Of a stretch of DNA of 64,000 nt, positions 43,878 through 53,622 are shown piece by piece (position 1 is the first letter of the stretch; each line of letters begins with the position of its first letter). The position numbers and the translations under genes are program-made. The notes beneath the pieces were generated by a model. The model was given only the letters and a program-made list of their open reading frames with translations, was not told the origin of the DNA and did no database searches. The stretch spans positions 105,182 to 169,181 of the forward strand of contig JBFPLN010000005.1 in assembly GCA_051971635.1 (NCBI GenBank), read 5' to 3'. This DNA comes from Candidatus Atelocyanobacterium thalassae (GTDB taxonomy: Bacteria; Cyanobacteriota; Cyanobacteriia; Cyanobacteriales; Microcystaceae).

Positions 43878-45077
43878 TTAAGGATTAACAGGAAAATAAA
43901 ATTCTATACCTTTATCTATTAGATGTTGATTATTAGCTAAAATCTCTTTTTTAAAATTCCAAGCTAAAACATAGTAAATATCAGGTAATTCTTTTAATTC
44001 TTTTTCTATTAAAACTGGAATATGCATTCCTGGAGAGTAAAGTCCTCTTCTAAGTTCATTCTTTTCAATTAAATAATTTAAGTATTGTGTACCTACCCCA
44101 AAATAATTCAGCATTGTATTTCCCTTTACAGGTGCACCAAATCCCCAAATCTTTTTACCATCTTTTTTTGCTTGATCCAAAAATGCTAAGTTATCAATCC
44201 TCATCTTTTGAATTCTTTTTGCAAAATCTAAATAGGTTAAAAATTCATTACTTTTATTATCTACTTCTGCTTTACGCATTTTCAATAGACGTTCGCTAGG
44301 ATCTTTCTTATCCTTATGAGTAACAAATCCAATAATTGAGCCACCATGAATAGGAGATAGATAGGCATCAAACATTGATAAGCCATGGCGTTTTAGTAAA
44401 ATCTCTATCGTGTTAAGATTGTAATACAAGAGATGTTCATGATATATTTGGTCGAATGCTAGATTGTCTATAATCTTTTTCATGTAAAGAAATTGCACTA
44501 CAAAGACACCGTCTTCTTTTAGTGCTTCTTTTATGCCTTCAGTAACAGAGTGTAATTCTTCTAAGTGAAAAAAGACTCCTGCTGCATTGATAATATCGAA
44601 TTTTTCACCGATAGATTTTACTAAGTTCAGATTAAAAAAATCATTAACTGTCGGAACATCATTGTCATTAGCAATTTTTGCAGTTTTCTTAGATGATTCT
44701 ACTCCTAGTACTTTATAATTTAGAGCTTGAAAATGTTTTAATTGAGTTCCGTCGTTAGAACCTATATCTAGAATGGATTTATTACGAATGTCCTTAAAGA
44801 ATCTATTGTCGACTTCATGAGCGATATTTCTAAAATGTTCGCTTAGGGAATGTGTTACTCCAGATAAATAAGTATGATCTCCAAACATTATCTCTTTCTT
44901 GACAGTATAATCAAGTTGTGCGGTACCGCAGTCATGACAATACAATACTCTTAAAGGATAGAATGGTTCTTTCCCTATTGATTGAGATTCTAAGAAATTA
45001 TTACACCAAGGTTGATGTCCTAAATCAACAGCTAGCTCTAGATTGGTAGAATCACAGACACGACAAACATTATTCAA
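43878..45077 (-). CDS. NDP-sugar C-methyltransferase family (Zn-binding N-domain, SAM-dependent)
   Basis: CRVC..DLGHQP..YPLRVLYCHDC, LDIGSNDG, FDQIYHEH, IHGGSI, FGAPVKGNT, LAWNF; TTG start with AGGAGA RBS. Confidence 0.88.
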   Translation of the reverse strand: MNNVCRVCDSTNLELAVDLGHQPWCNNFLESQSIGKEPFYPLRVLYCHDCGTAQLDYTVKKEIMFGDHTYLSGVTHSLSEHFRNIAHEVDNRFFKDIRNKSILDIGSNDGTQLKHFQALNYKVLGVESSKKTAKIANDNDVPTVNDFFNLNLVKSIGEKFDIINAAGVFFHLEELHSVTEGIKEALKEDGVFVVQFLYMKKIIDNLAFDQIYHEHLLYYNLNTIEILLKRHGLSMFDAYLSPIHGGSIIGFVTHKDKKDPSERLLKMRKAEVDNKSNEFLTYLDFAKRIQKMRIDNLAFLDQAKKDGKKIWGFGAPVKGNTMLNYFGVGTQYLNYLIEKNELRRGLYSPGMHIPVLIEKELKELPDIYYVLAWNFKKEILANNQHLIDKGIEFYFPVNP

Positions 45078-45399
45078 AATTTTTTCTCCTAAATCAAATA
45101 TAGATTAAGTTAACTTAAAGTTTAAAAATATTTTTTACATACCACTTTAATAGCTTTTGTAATTCTTCTATCTTGAGGGAAGTAGACCGCGAAAAACTTC
45201 ATAAAGTGAGCTAATTATATTTTTAATTTTCTTAAAAAATAAATAAGATATGAATCATAATTCTATTTAAAAAATACTCATTTTTTAAATAGATTCTTAG
45301 ACAGTAAATATGTAAACTTTTTGTTTTTATTATAGAAGCAGTTGCTAAAATAATTACTATTAAATTATTTGTATGACTTAATTCATACAAATAATATAT

Positions 45400-46332
45400 T
45401 TACCTTTGCAAAAATCCTAATTTTTCACGTACTAAATATAAAGGACGATGTTTATCTTCACGATAAATTCTTCCAATATACTCACCTATAACTCCTAAGA
45501 ATACTAATTGAGTTCCACCGACAAATAGAGTCGCAATGAAAGATAAAGTCCATCCAGGTACCCAACTCAAAGTGAACAGTCTTACAAACAAAGCATAGAA
45601 TATACCAGTAACAGATAATGTAACAGTAAAGAGACCAGCCCAGGTTGCTAATCTTAAAGGGACTAAGGAAAATGATAAGATACCATCAGCTGCAAAACGT
45701 ATCATTTTAAAAAGCGGATATTTACTAACTCCGGCTAGACGAGGATTACGCTGATAAGGGATTGCTATTTGACGAAATCCTACCCAACTGACCATACCAC
45801 GTAAAAAACGGTCACGTTCTGGCATCATCTTGAGAACTTCAACAACACGTCGATCTATTAGCCGAAAATCTCCAGTATCAATAGGAATTGTTACGTCAGA
45901 CATACGATTCATCACACGATAAAAAGCTTTGGCACTCCATAATTTAAAGGCAGTTTCTCCTTGTCTATCAGTTCTTACACCATAGACAACATCATAGCCT
46001 TGGAACCAGTAACATAACATATCCTTAATAATTTCAGGAGGATCCTGTAAATCAGCATCAATCAAGACTACAGCGTCTCCTGAAGTATGATCTAAACCTG
46101 CAGTAACAGCCATTTGATGGCCAAAGTTACGAGATAAAAGAATTACTTTTACTCGATCATCATCATATTGTAATTCTCGTAAAATCTCTGCTGTTTTGTC
46201 TTGACTACCATCATCAACATAAACTAATTCAAACTCAGGATTTAAATTACTTAGGACAGTTACTAATTGATTATGAGCTTCTCGAATAACTTCTTGTTCG
46301 TTATAGCAGGGAATAACAATTGAAATAAGCAC
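45400..46332 (-). CDS. GT2 polyprenyl-phosphate glycosyltransferase (GtrB/ArnC-like)
   Basis: IVIPCYNE, VDDGSQD, SRNFGHQ, IDADLQDPP, TGDFRL, two C-terminal TMs, GEYIGRIY..RPLY. Confidence 0.92.
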   Translation of the reverse strand: MLISIVIPCYNEQEVIREAHNQLVTVLSNLNPEFELVYVDDGSQDKTAEILRELQYDDDRVKVILLSRNFGHQMAVTAGLDHTSGDAVVLIDADLQDPPEIIKDMLCYWFQGYDVVYGVRTDRQGETAFKLWSAKAFYRVMNRMSDVTIPIDTGDFRLIDRRVVEVLKMMPERDRFLRGMVSWVGFRQIAIPYQRNPRLAGVSKYPLFKMIRFAADGILSFSLVPLRLATWAGLFTVTLSVTGIFYALFVRLFTLSWVPGWTLSFIATLFVGGTQLVFLGVIGEYIGRIYREDKHRPLYLVREKLGFLQR

Positions 46333-46420
46333 TATTTACATCCTTTCAGGCTCTAAAAACTTTAAAACAACTAAATTATTTGTTTTAATATTAATGATTA
46401 AGTTATTTTCAAAATTATGG

Positions 46421-47293
46421 TTATTTTTTTGGTGGTATTCCATATAAAGTATGCTCTTCCATACTTAGGGTATAACCTAAGGAATATAGAAAAGGCTGAA
46501 TCGTAAGTAAAGATGATTTTCCAGTTTTTACATCAGCATGAATATCTATACAAAGATAAGGTAAATAAGCTTGTAAAGTTTTTTTCGCACCCTGCAGCGC
46601 ATAGAATTCAAATCCTTCAATATCAATTTTGATAGCTGATGGTTCTATTGATTTTTGAGCAATATACTCATCTAGCGTTATTGTTTCTACTGTATAAGTA
46701 GTAAACTTTGTATTTGTATGAATATTACTATTTACAGCTAGAGTTGATGTATCTGAAGCCCAGGATGAATTATTATCTTTATTATATTCAATAAATTCAG
46801 CAGATCCTGATTGATCAGAAATTGCATCAGGAACAATAATAACATTAGAAATATTATTTAAATTTAAAACTTTTTGTAAGATTTGTTGAGTATTTCTTGC
46901 AGGCTCAAAAGCGTAAACTTTTCCTTTACCTCCAACAGCTTGACTTAATGGTAGGCTAATCACTCCAAAAGATGCACCAATATCTAATACAGTATCTCCG
47001 TATTCGACTTTAGAACATAACCATTGTGCACAATGCTCTTCTACTAAGAAGTTAAGTTTTCTCTCTGGTAGAGGTAATAAACAATGTTGATAAGTTTGCA
47101 AAATTTCAATTGGAGATAAAAGTTCAATTGCATTTAAGGAACATTGGACTACACTTCCAGGCTTAATATTATCTAAAAGATCTTTGATCGTTTCACGTTT
47201 TTGATCTTTCAGTATTTGATCAAGAGCATTCAAAATATCAATAATTCCTATAACTTTACGTAACTTATTTATTAGATAATTTTTAGTTCCCAT
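46421..47293 (-). CDS. FkbM-family methyltransferase
   Basis: VLDIGASFG, VYAFEP, TLDEY, IKIDIEGFE. Confidence 0.9.
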   Translation of the reverse strand: MGTKNYLINKLRKVIGIIDILNALDQILKDQKRETIKDLLDNIKPGSVVQCSLNAIELLSPIEILQTYQHCLLPLPERKLNFLVEEHCAQWLCSKVEYGDTVLDIGASFGVISLPLSQAVGGKGKVYAFEPARNTQQILQKVLNLNNISNVIIVPDAISDQSGSAEFIEYNKDNNSSWASDTSTLAVNSNIHTNTKFTTYTVETITLDEYIAQKSIEPSAIKIDIEGFEFYALQGAKKTLQAYLPYLCIDIHADVKTGKSSLLTIQPFLYSLGYTLSMEEHTLYGIPPKK

Positions 47294-47431
47294 ACTTTCT
47301 TTAAGTTGCCAATTAGAATAAATCTAATACTATAGAGATTCATTAGAAGACTTCTAATTATATGTTCGAAGTTCCTTGAAATTAAAATAATTACTCTTTT
47401 TTCTATTTATATCTATCATGTATACGTATAG

Positions 47432-49255
47432 ATGCCGAAAATTAAGAATAAAATCATATTTATCAAACCAGATATGTATTCTAAAAACTTTAAACTTGAA
47501 AAATTTTCATCACAAATATTATTTGCGTTGTTGATAACTATATATTATCTAATTGGCTTTTATTTAATACAACAGACATCAATCACTTCAGATGAATCTG
47601 CTTATATTGGTGCTGCTTATTCTTACATGCAAGGTCTTGGATTAAACTGGGAACATCCTCTTTTCTTAAAGTTAATTGACTCAGTAATTTTTAAATTATT
47701 TTTTTCAAATCATGAAATATTAATACCTACTATTAATATCATTAGTGGACAAGAAAGTGTTGAAGCTCGTTTAGCTGCTTTTAATGTAGGCTATGAAATA
47801 CTTATGAAAGACCCTACAGCATTTCATAAAATAGTTTTTAGTTTGCGGTTTGTTCACCTTTTTTTCAACAGCTTAATTTTTTTATGGTTCTATTTATATA
47901 CTTTTACATTTCATGAAATTAATTCTACTATTTCTATAGTTTTTCTTACTTTATATACTTTCTCTCCTAGTTTTTATAGTCATAATTTTTTAGTAGCTTT
48001 TGATATTGGTGTTAGCTTATACGCATTATTATCCACTTTAAGCTTTGCTTTTCTTGTAAAGTCTCTTGTTCAGGAGAAAAGCAAATATTTAGTAGCACAC
48101 TTTATTTTATTTACTCTTCTTTTACTCATTGCTATTAATATAAAATTTAGTAATTTAATTCTTATACCAGTTATAGGACTAGTATATATTACTTATAGTA
48201 TTTATCTATTAGTCAAAAAACGTAAACAAAAATTTTTACAAATTACTTTTATAGGAAGTCTCATCTTATTATTACAAATTATTCTAACTACCTCAATGTA
48301 TAGTTGGGCATTTAGAAATTTGCCTAATAAATCTTTATTAAATATTCTAAATATTTATACTCACGGAATTGGAATGAATTTAAGTACAGCAAAAGGGATA
48401 AGAGAGCCGTTTGTGAATGGACAATTTGTATCAATAACAGCTATTCATTACTTATTAAATATTTTCTGGTTTAAGGAGAATTTAGCTTTTTTAATAATAG
48501 TAACTTTTCTTTTTTTCGTCTTAGCAAGCAAAATATTATTTGGAAGATATTCTATACAAGAAAAACTTAAGCTTTATCTTAGTAAAAAAATACTATTAGT
48601 CATTACCATAGTTTCCATGTATCCAATAATCTACTTATTGATAGGTCATAACAGTCGCTTTATTATTGGATATAGATACTTTTATCCTATTGTTATATTT
48701 ATTTACTTATTTATTTCTACTTTATTATTTCGTTTGCAATATAGGTGGAAAAAATACATTTTATTATGCTTAATGACTTTTTATATATATCTAGGAACTA
48801 TCGGAATTTCTCAATCTTTAAGTTATGTCAGCCCTATTTGGAATAAGGAAAAATGGAAGTTAACTGATGACTCTGCAATTAATTGGGGTCAAGAAACACA
48901 ACATGTAGTAGACTATTTACTACAAAATAGATTATTACCAGAAAATAATCAAAATACTCTTGTCTATCAGCTTTTTGGTGTTAATATTGGTTTTGTACAG
49001 TATCTTGAACTATTAAGTAAAAATTATAAATATCCTATTAATGTTCAATCTTATCGTCGATCTACACTCGATCTAAAAAATAAAGAGATTACTAAGTTAC
49101 CTTATAAGTATTTGCTAATCGACAGCACTGTGAAACAGCAGATATATGTAGAAAAGAATAATAATCTCGCTGCTTCTCATAATTGGGATTTTTTAATAAA
49201 AAGAAAGCCGATTTATTCACGCAATAATATTATTTATATCTATCAAATTAAATGA
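47432..49255 (+). CDS. Polytopic membrane GT-C-fold glycosyltransferase (ArnT/PMT-like)
   Basis: TM followed by ITSDESAYIGAAYSY..LNWEHPLFLK loop, many TMs, KFSNL, GYRYFYP, DSAINWGQ. Confidence 0.72.
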   Translation: MPKIKNKIIFIKPDMYSKNFKLEKFSSQILFALLITIYYLIGFYLIQQTSITSDESAYIGAAYSYMQGLGLNWEHPLFLKLIDSVIFKLFFSNHEILIPTINIISGQESVEARLAAFNVGYEILMKDPTAFHKIVFSLRFVHLFFNSLIFLWFYLYTFTFHEINSTISIVFLTLYTFSPSFYSHNFLVAFDIGVSLYALLSTLSFAFLVKSLVQEKSKYLVAHFILFTLLLLIAINIKFSNLILIPVIGLVYITYSIYLLVKKRKQKFLQITFIGSLILLLQIILTTSMYSWAFRNLPNKSLLNILNIYTHGIGMNLSTAKGIREPFVNGQFVSITAIHYLLNIFWFKENLAFLIIVTFLFFVLASKILFGRYSIQEKLKLYLSKKILLVITIVSMYPIIYLLIGHNSRFIIGYRYFYPIVIFIYLFISTLLFRLQYRWKKYILLCLMTFYIYLGTIGISQSLSYVSPIWNKEKWKLTDDSAINWGQETQHVVDYLLQNRLLPENNQNTLVYQLFGVNIGFVQYLELLSKNYKYPINVQSYRRSTLDLKNKEITKLPYKYLLIDSTVKQQIYVEKNNNLAASHNWDFLIKRKPIYSRNNIIYIYQIK

Positions 49256-51423
49256 TTCTAAACAATCTATCCAAATTTATAAATCAATTTATAAATAAAA
49301 ATCGCATAAGTCTTAAAATCATAATTTTATATTGTGTTATTGCGTTGTCACTAATGGCACCAATGGCCTCATCAACAATAATTCCTTCTATTAACGACAC
49401 TCCTTCCCATATAAGCTACATAGTACAGGCAAGAGATGCTATCAATGAAGGTCAATTTCCTCTTCGAATAGCTCCTTTAGAAAATAATGGTTGGAGATAT
49501 CCAGGATTTCAGTTTTACAGTCAATTACCTTATTTCATAGGTGGATGGTTCTATAAATTGCTTACGCCTAATAATCCATACTATGCATATAAGTTGGTTC
49601 TTATAATGGCTCTTGTTATGGGGGGATTGTATATCTACTTCCTAAGTCTTAAACTTACAAGATCTCGTATAGCATCTATTTTGAGTGGAGTTGCTTATAT
49701 GTCAGCTCCTTATTTTTTAAATAATATACACTCAAGAGGAGCTTTTACTGAAGCAGTCGCTCAGGGTATTCTCCCTGTTGTTATTTATTATGCTCTTGAA
49801 TGCTATCTGACCAGAAAAAAAGGCTACTTTATTTTAAGTGCATTGAGTTGGTTTTGCTTAAGTATTACTCACCTAATAACTTTTATTTACGGAACAATTT
49901 TTATTTTTTTTCTACTTACAATTGTTATCACTCAAACAAAGAAAAATAAATTTGATTTTCTCCCTCTTATAAGTTCAGTAAAAGCTTATGTCTTAGGTTG
50001 GTTATTAGGACTATATTTTCTTGCTCCTATTATTTTAGTTTCTCCGCATCTTTCTATTCGTAAACAAATTAAAGCCATAAATCCTTTTGGTACTAACACT
50101 TATACGCCTATAGCTAATTTACTTTCTCCTATATCTTTACCTGCTGAACCATCAGAAAATGGTTTGGCAGCTACTTATGGACTTCATCCAGCTATTGGCT
50201 GGATATTCCTAATTGCTTTTAGTGTCATAATATATTACACGTATTTTAGTTCTTTTAACCCTCCAAGACTAAAACCTATTCGTCCTTATATAAATGGATT
50301 ATTATGTGTGTTTCTCGTTGCTTTATTTTTAACTTGGAGCCCTGTTGATATCTGGAGTATCTTACCACGGCAATTCTGGGTAACTCAGTTCACGTTTCGT
50401 TTTATTACTCATATTATGTGGGCAGGAGCATTATTAACATCATATGCAATTGTTCTTATTTTTCGTGAAAGACTTGATCGCCGTCATCTAATTATTGGAA
50501 TATTATTAATTATCTTGGTGGGACGTTCTTGGATGCCAGCTCCAAGAGGAACTTTAACTGTTAACAAATTAATAGAAGAACCTCTATTTAAATATTCTGG
50601 ATCATTAGATTACTTATATCGCACTCCTGTCAAAACTATTTATGGTAAAAATGAATTACCTCTACTACATCCAGAATGGATTCCTGGATATAGTACATGG
50701 AATACCTTCGTTAATCATCCTTTAATTCTTGATGCAGAGCTACGGTATCCGATGTGGAAAGAAGAAGAAAGTCCTATAATATTCTTAGAAGCAGATATTT
50801 CTCCAGTAAATATTGAACAACCAACTATATTAGAAGCCTATATTGATGGTAGGAAGATAAGTTCCGTATCCCTTGATTCTCCTAAACTTAATTGGCAGAT
50901 TCCCTTGCCTAAAGTTTCACCGTCCAGTAATGATTTTGGACTAAAGTTTGCATTAAATAATTTTAATAAAGACAAACAAATTCCTAATATTAGAGTTAAT
51001 CGATTTTTCTTAGAAGGAATGTCTTCTGATAAAACAATAATACCAGTTTCAGAAACACAACAATATTGTAGGCAAGAAGGTGTTAATACTATTTGTGAAC
51101 TCTTAATTGGAGAAGAAGCTCATATAGCTCAACTTCCTGTTCTTTATTATCCAAACATGTTTAAGGTATGGGTTGACAACAAGTTATTTAAAGAAGCTTT
51201 CTCAGTTCACTACCGAGATTATAATCTAGTAGGTTTAAGGCTTAAAACAGGAAAACATGTAATAAGATCTACTTTTTATGGCTTAAGTTGGGCTAATTGG
51301 ATAAGTGGTTTAACTTGGCTTATTTTGGTCAGCTACATCAGCATACCTTTGTATAAAAATTTTAAAAAGGACAATCTGATATACCGAAATAATTTTTATT
51401 CTAAGAAATCAGAAAAGGATTAA
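49252..51423 (+). CDS. Polytopic membrane protein, PTPS-related/YfhO-like GT-C family
   Basis: DTPSH..GQFPLR..GWRYPGFQFYSQLPY, YMSAPY..RGAFTE, QFTFRF, LPVLYYP, terminal TM; ATGA overlap with the upstream gene. Confidence 0.7.
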   Translation: MILNNLSKFINQFINKNRISLKIIILYCVIALSLMAPMASSTIIPSINDTPSHISYIVQARDAINEGQFPLRIAPLENNGWRYPGFQFYSQLPYFIGGWFYKLLTPNNPYYAYKLVLIMALVMGGLYIYFLSLKLTRSRIASILSGVAYMSAPYFLNNIHSRGAFTEAVAQGILPVVIYYALECYLTRKKGYFILSALSWFCLSITHLITFIYGTIFIFFLLTIVITQTKKNKFDFLPLISSVKAYVLGWLLGLYFLAPIILVSPHLSIRKQIKAINPFGTNTYTPIANLLSPISLPAEPSENGLAATYGLHPAIGWIFLIAFSVIIYYTYFSSFNPPRLKPIRPYINGLLCVFLVALFLTWSPVDIWSILPRQFWVTQFTFRFITHIMWAGALLTSYAIVLIFRERLDRRHLIIGILLIILVGRSWMPAPRGTLTVNKLIEEPLFKYSGSLDYLYRTPVKTIYGKNELPLLHPEWIPGYSTWNTFVNHPLILDAELRYPMWKEEESPIIFLEADISPVNIEQPTILEAYIDGRKISSVSLDSPKLNWQIPLPKVSPSSNDFGLKFALNNFNKDKQIPNIRVNRFFLEGMSSDKTIIPVSETQQYCRQEGVNTICELLIGEEAHIAQLPVLYYPNMFKVWVDNKLFKEAFSVHYRDYNLVGLRLKTGKHVIRSTFYGLSWANWISGLTWLILVSYISIPLYKNFKKDNLIYRNNFYSKKSEKD

Positions 51424-51467
51424 ACATATAGCTGTTTGCTCTACAATCATTTCAAATATATTATATT

Positions 51468-52193
51468 TTATTGATCAAAGAGTACCTTAATCATAAATTT
51501 AGGAATTACTAACATACGTTTCCAGCGCCAAGGTTCCTGATAAAGTCTATATAGCCATTCTAAATTATTATTTTGTAGCCATAAAGGAGCACGTAATTTA
51601 TTGTTTGACCATATATCAAAACTTCCTCCAACTCCTATCCAGATAGATTCAGGGCATAAATTTTTGTTTTCATGAATCCATTGTTCTTGACGTGGTACTC
51701 CTAATCCAATCAGGATTAATTTAGGTTGTTTTATAAGCAATGTATTTTTCCATTCTTCTTCTTCTCTAGAAGATAAGTATCCATGGTTAGTTAAAATATT
51801 AGCTCCTGGCAACTTTGTTAACCATTTTTCTGCTGATTTTTTGGCTATCCCAGGCTTTCCACCATAAAATGCGATTGGATATCTATTTCCTTCACAACTT
51901 AATGCTCTAATTAAAATTTCTGCTAATTGAATGCCTGGGGAACGCTTTTGATATATTCCATTCAATCTTAAGGATAGAATTATTCCTGCACCATCAGGAA
52001 TGACTAATTGTGAATTTTTAATAATTTTTTCAAGCATACTGTTCTGTTTTGCTAACATTACCATTTCAGCATTGAGAGTGACAACATGGACCCCTTTATG
52101 TTCTTTTAGGCTTTTTATTAGCCATCCAGCATAATCAATAGAGAGATGAACAGGTAGACCAACAATTAGAAAAGATTTAAGAGATGATGGCAT
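51468..52193 (-). CDS. WecB/TagA/CpsF family glycosyltransferase
   Basis: HVVTLNAEM, IPDGAG, GLGVPRQE, IGVGGSFD, RAP, LEWLYRLYQEPWRWKR. Confidence 0.93.
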   Translation of the reverse strand: MPSSLKSFLIVGLPVHLSIDYAGWLIKSLKEHKGVHVVTLNAEMVMLAKQNSMLEKIIKNSQLVIPDGAGIILSLRLNGIYQKRSPGIQLAEILIRALSCEGNRYPIAFYGGKPGIAKKSAEKWLTKLPGANILTNHGYLSSREEEEWKNTLLIKQPKLILIGLGVPRQEQWIHENKNLCPESIWIGVGGSFDIWSNNKLRAPLWLQNNNLEWLYRLYQEPWRWKRMLVIPKFMIKVLFDQ

Positions 52194-52519
52194 GGATTTA
52201 TTAAGAGCAAAACTAAATTATCAATATACAGTAGGCCTTAAATAAAAACTCATTTATCAGTATAATCAAGCTAATGTTTGTTAATTTTGAGTTATTTTAA
52301 AATATTCTAAATGTTAGAAATCATTATTTAAACCGTAAAAATAATATAATTTTCTAAGAATTAGATTATTAATTAATACTGGTAGTAAAAAACATTATTA
52401 AATTTAATCCAATAATGTTGACATATAGCATTTTTTTTTGATATGGTGAGAATTTGTCAGCTATCTTGACTAATTGATAGTTTTTTTGGCATTTTCTCTC
52501 TAAATATAAAATTTATTTT

Positions 52520-52900
52520 ATGCCTACTATTCAGCAGTTAATTCGGAGTGAACGCTCCAAAGCGAAAAAGAAAACTAAATCTCCAGCTCTAAAGCAGTGT
52601 CCCCAACGCCGTGGGGTCTGTACCAGGGTTTATACTACTACCCCTAAAAAACCAAATTCTGCCTTAAGAAAAGTAGCCAGAGTCCGTTTAACTTCAGGGT
52701 TTGAAGTAACAGCCTATATACCAGGTATTGGACATAACTTACAAGAGCACTCCGTCGTTTTAATTCGTGGAGGTCGGGTTAAGGATCTACCTGGTGTCCG
52801 TTATCATATTATTCGCGGAACCTTAGATGCTCAAGGAGTAAAAGATAGAAAGCAAGGACGCTCTAAGTATGGAGCTAAACGTCCTAAGGCTAAGGCTTAA
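52520..52900 (+). CDS. rpsL: 30S ribosomal protein S12
   Basis: [34 protein letters not shown]. Confidence 0.99.
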   Translation: MPTIQQLIRSERSKAKKKTKSPALKQCPQRRGVCTRVYTTTPKKPNSALRKVARVRLTSGFEVTAYIPGIGHNLQEHSVVLIRGGRVKDLPGVRYHIIRGTLDAQGVKDRKQGRSKYGAKRPKAKA

Positions 52901-52997
52901 GTTGTCAAGATTATGATCACTCAAGCCTACGGAACCTAAAAGTTTAAATTGATAGAATCGTTTAATAGCCTTAACTGTTTAAAAGGAAGAAATTATT

Positions 52998-53468
52998 ATG
53001 TCCCGTCGAGGAAACATTAAAAGGAAACCTGTACCGCCTGATCCTGTATATAGTAGTTGTTTACTTAATATGACTATTCGTAGGGTAATGAAAAGCGGCA
53101 AAAAATCTGTTGCTGCAGGTATTGTATATGATGCTATGAAAGTAATTGGAGAACGAACTGGTAAAGAACCTCTAGAAGTTTTTGAACAAGCTATAAAAAA
53201 CTTAACACCACTAGTGGAAGTTAAAGCCCGTCGTGTTGGAGGAGCAACTTACCAGGTACCAATGGAAGTTCGTCCCTCCAGAGGAACAACTTTAGCCTTA
53301 CGATGGCTAATTAAATATTCCAGAATTAGAGGTGGCCGCACCATGGCAGGAAAATTATCAAGTGAGATTATGGATGCTGCTAATGAAACAGGTGCAGCAA
53401 TGAAAAAACGTGATGAGACACATCGTATGGCTGATGCAAACAAAGCTTTTGCGCATTATCGCTACTAA
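52998..53468 (+). CDS. rpsG: 30S ribosomal protein S7
   Basis: [30 protein letters not shown]. Confidence 0.99.
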   Translation: MSRRGNIKRKPVPPDPVYSSCLLNMTIRRVMKSGKKSVAAGIVYDAMKVIGERTGKEPLEVFEQAIKNLTPLVEVKARRVGGATYQVPMEVRPSRGTTLALRWLIKYSRIRGGRTMAGKLSSEIMDAANETGAAMKKRDETHRMADANKAFAHYRY

Positions 53469-53622
53469 CGGATATTATTTCAGTAATTGTATTTAATACC
53501 TCCTTTCTAAAGTCAACTTCCCATAGATTTCTTGAAAGAGAAATATTAAGGTTACGACTAGTAAAAATTTAGTAAACGATGAAATGTATAAAAATACTTA
53601 GGTAAGCCATAAGGAGGACGTT

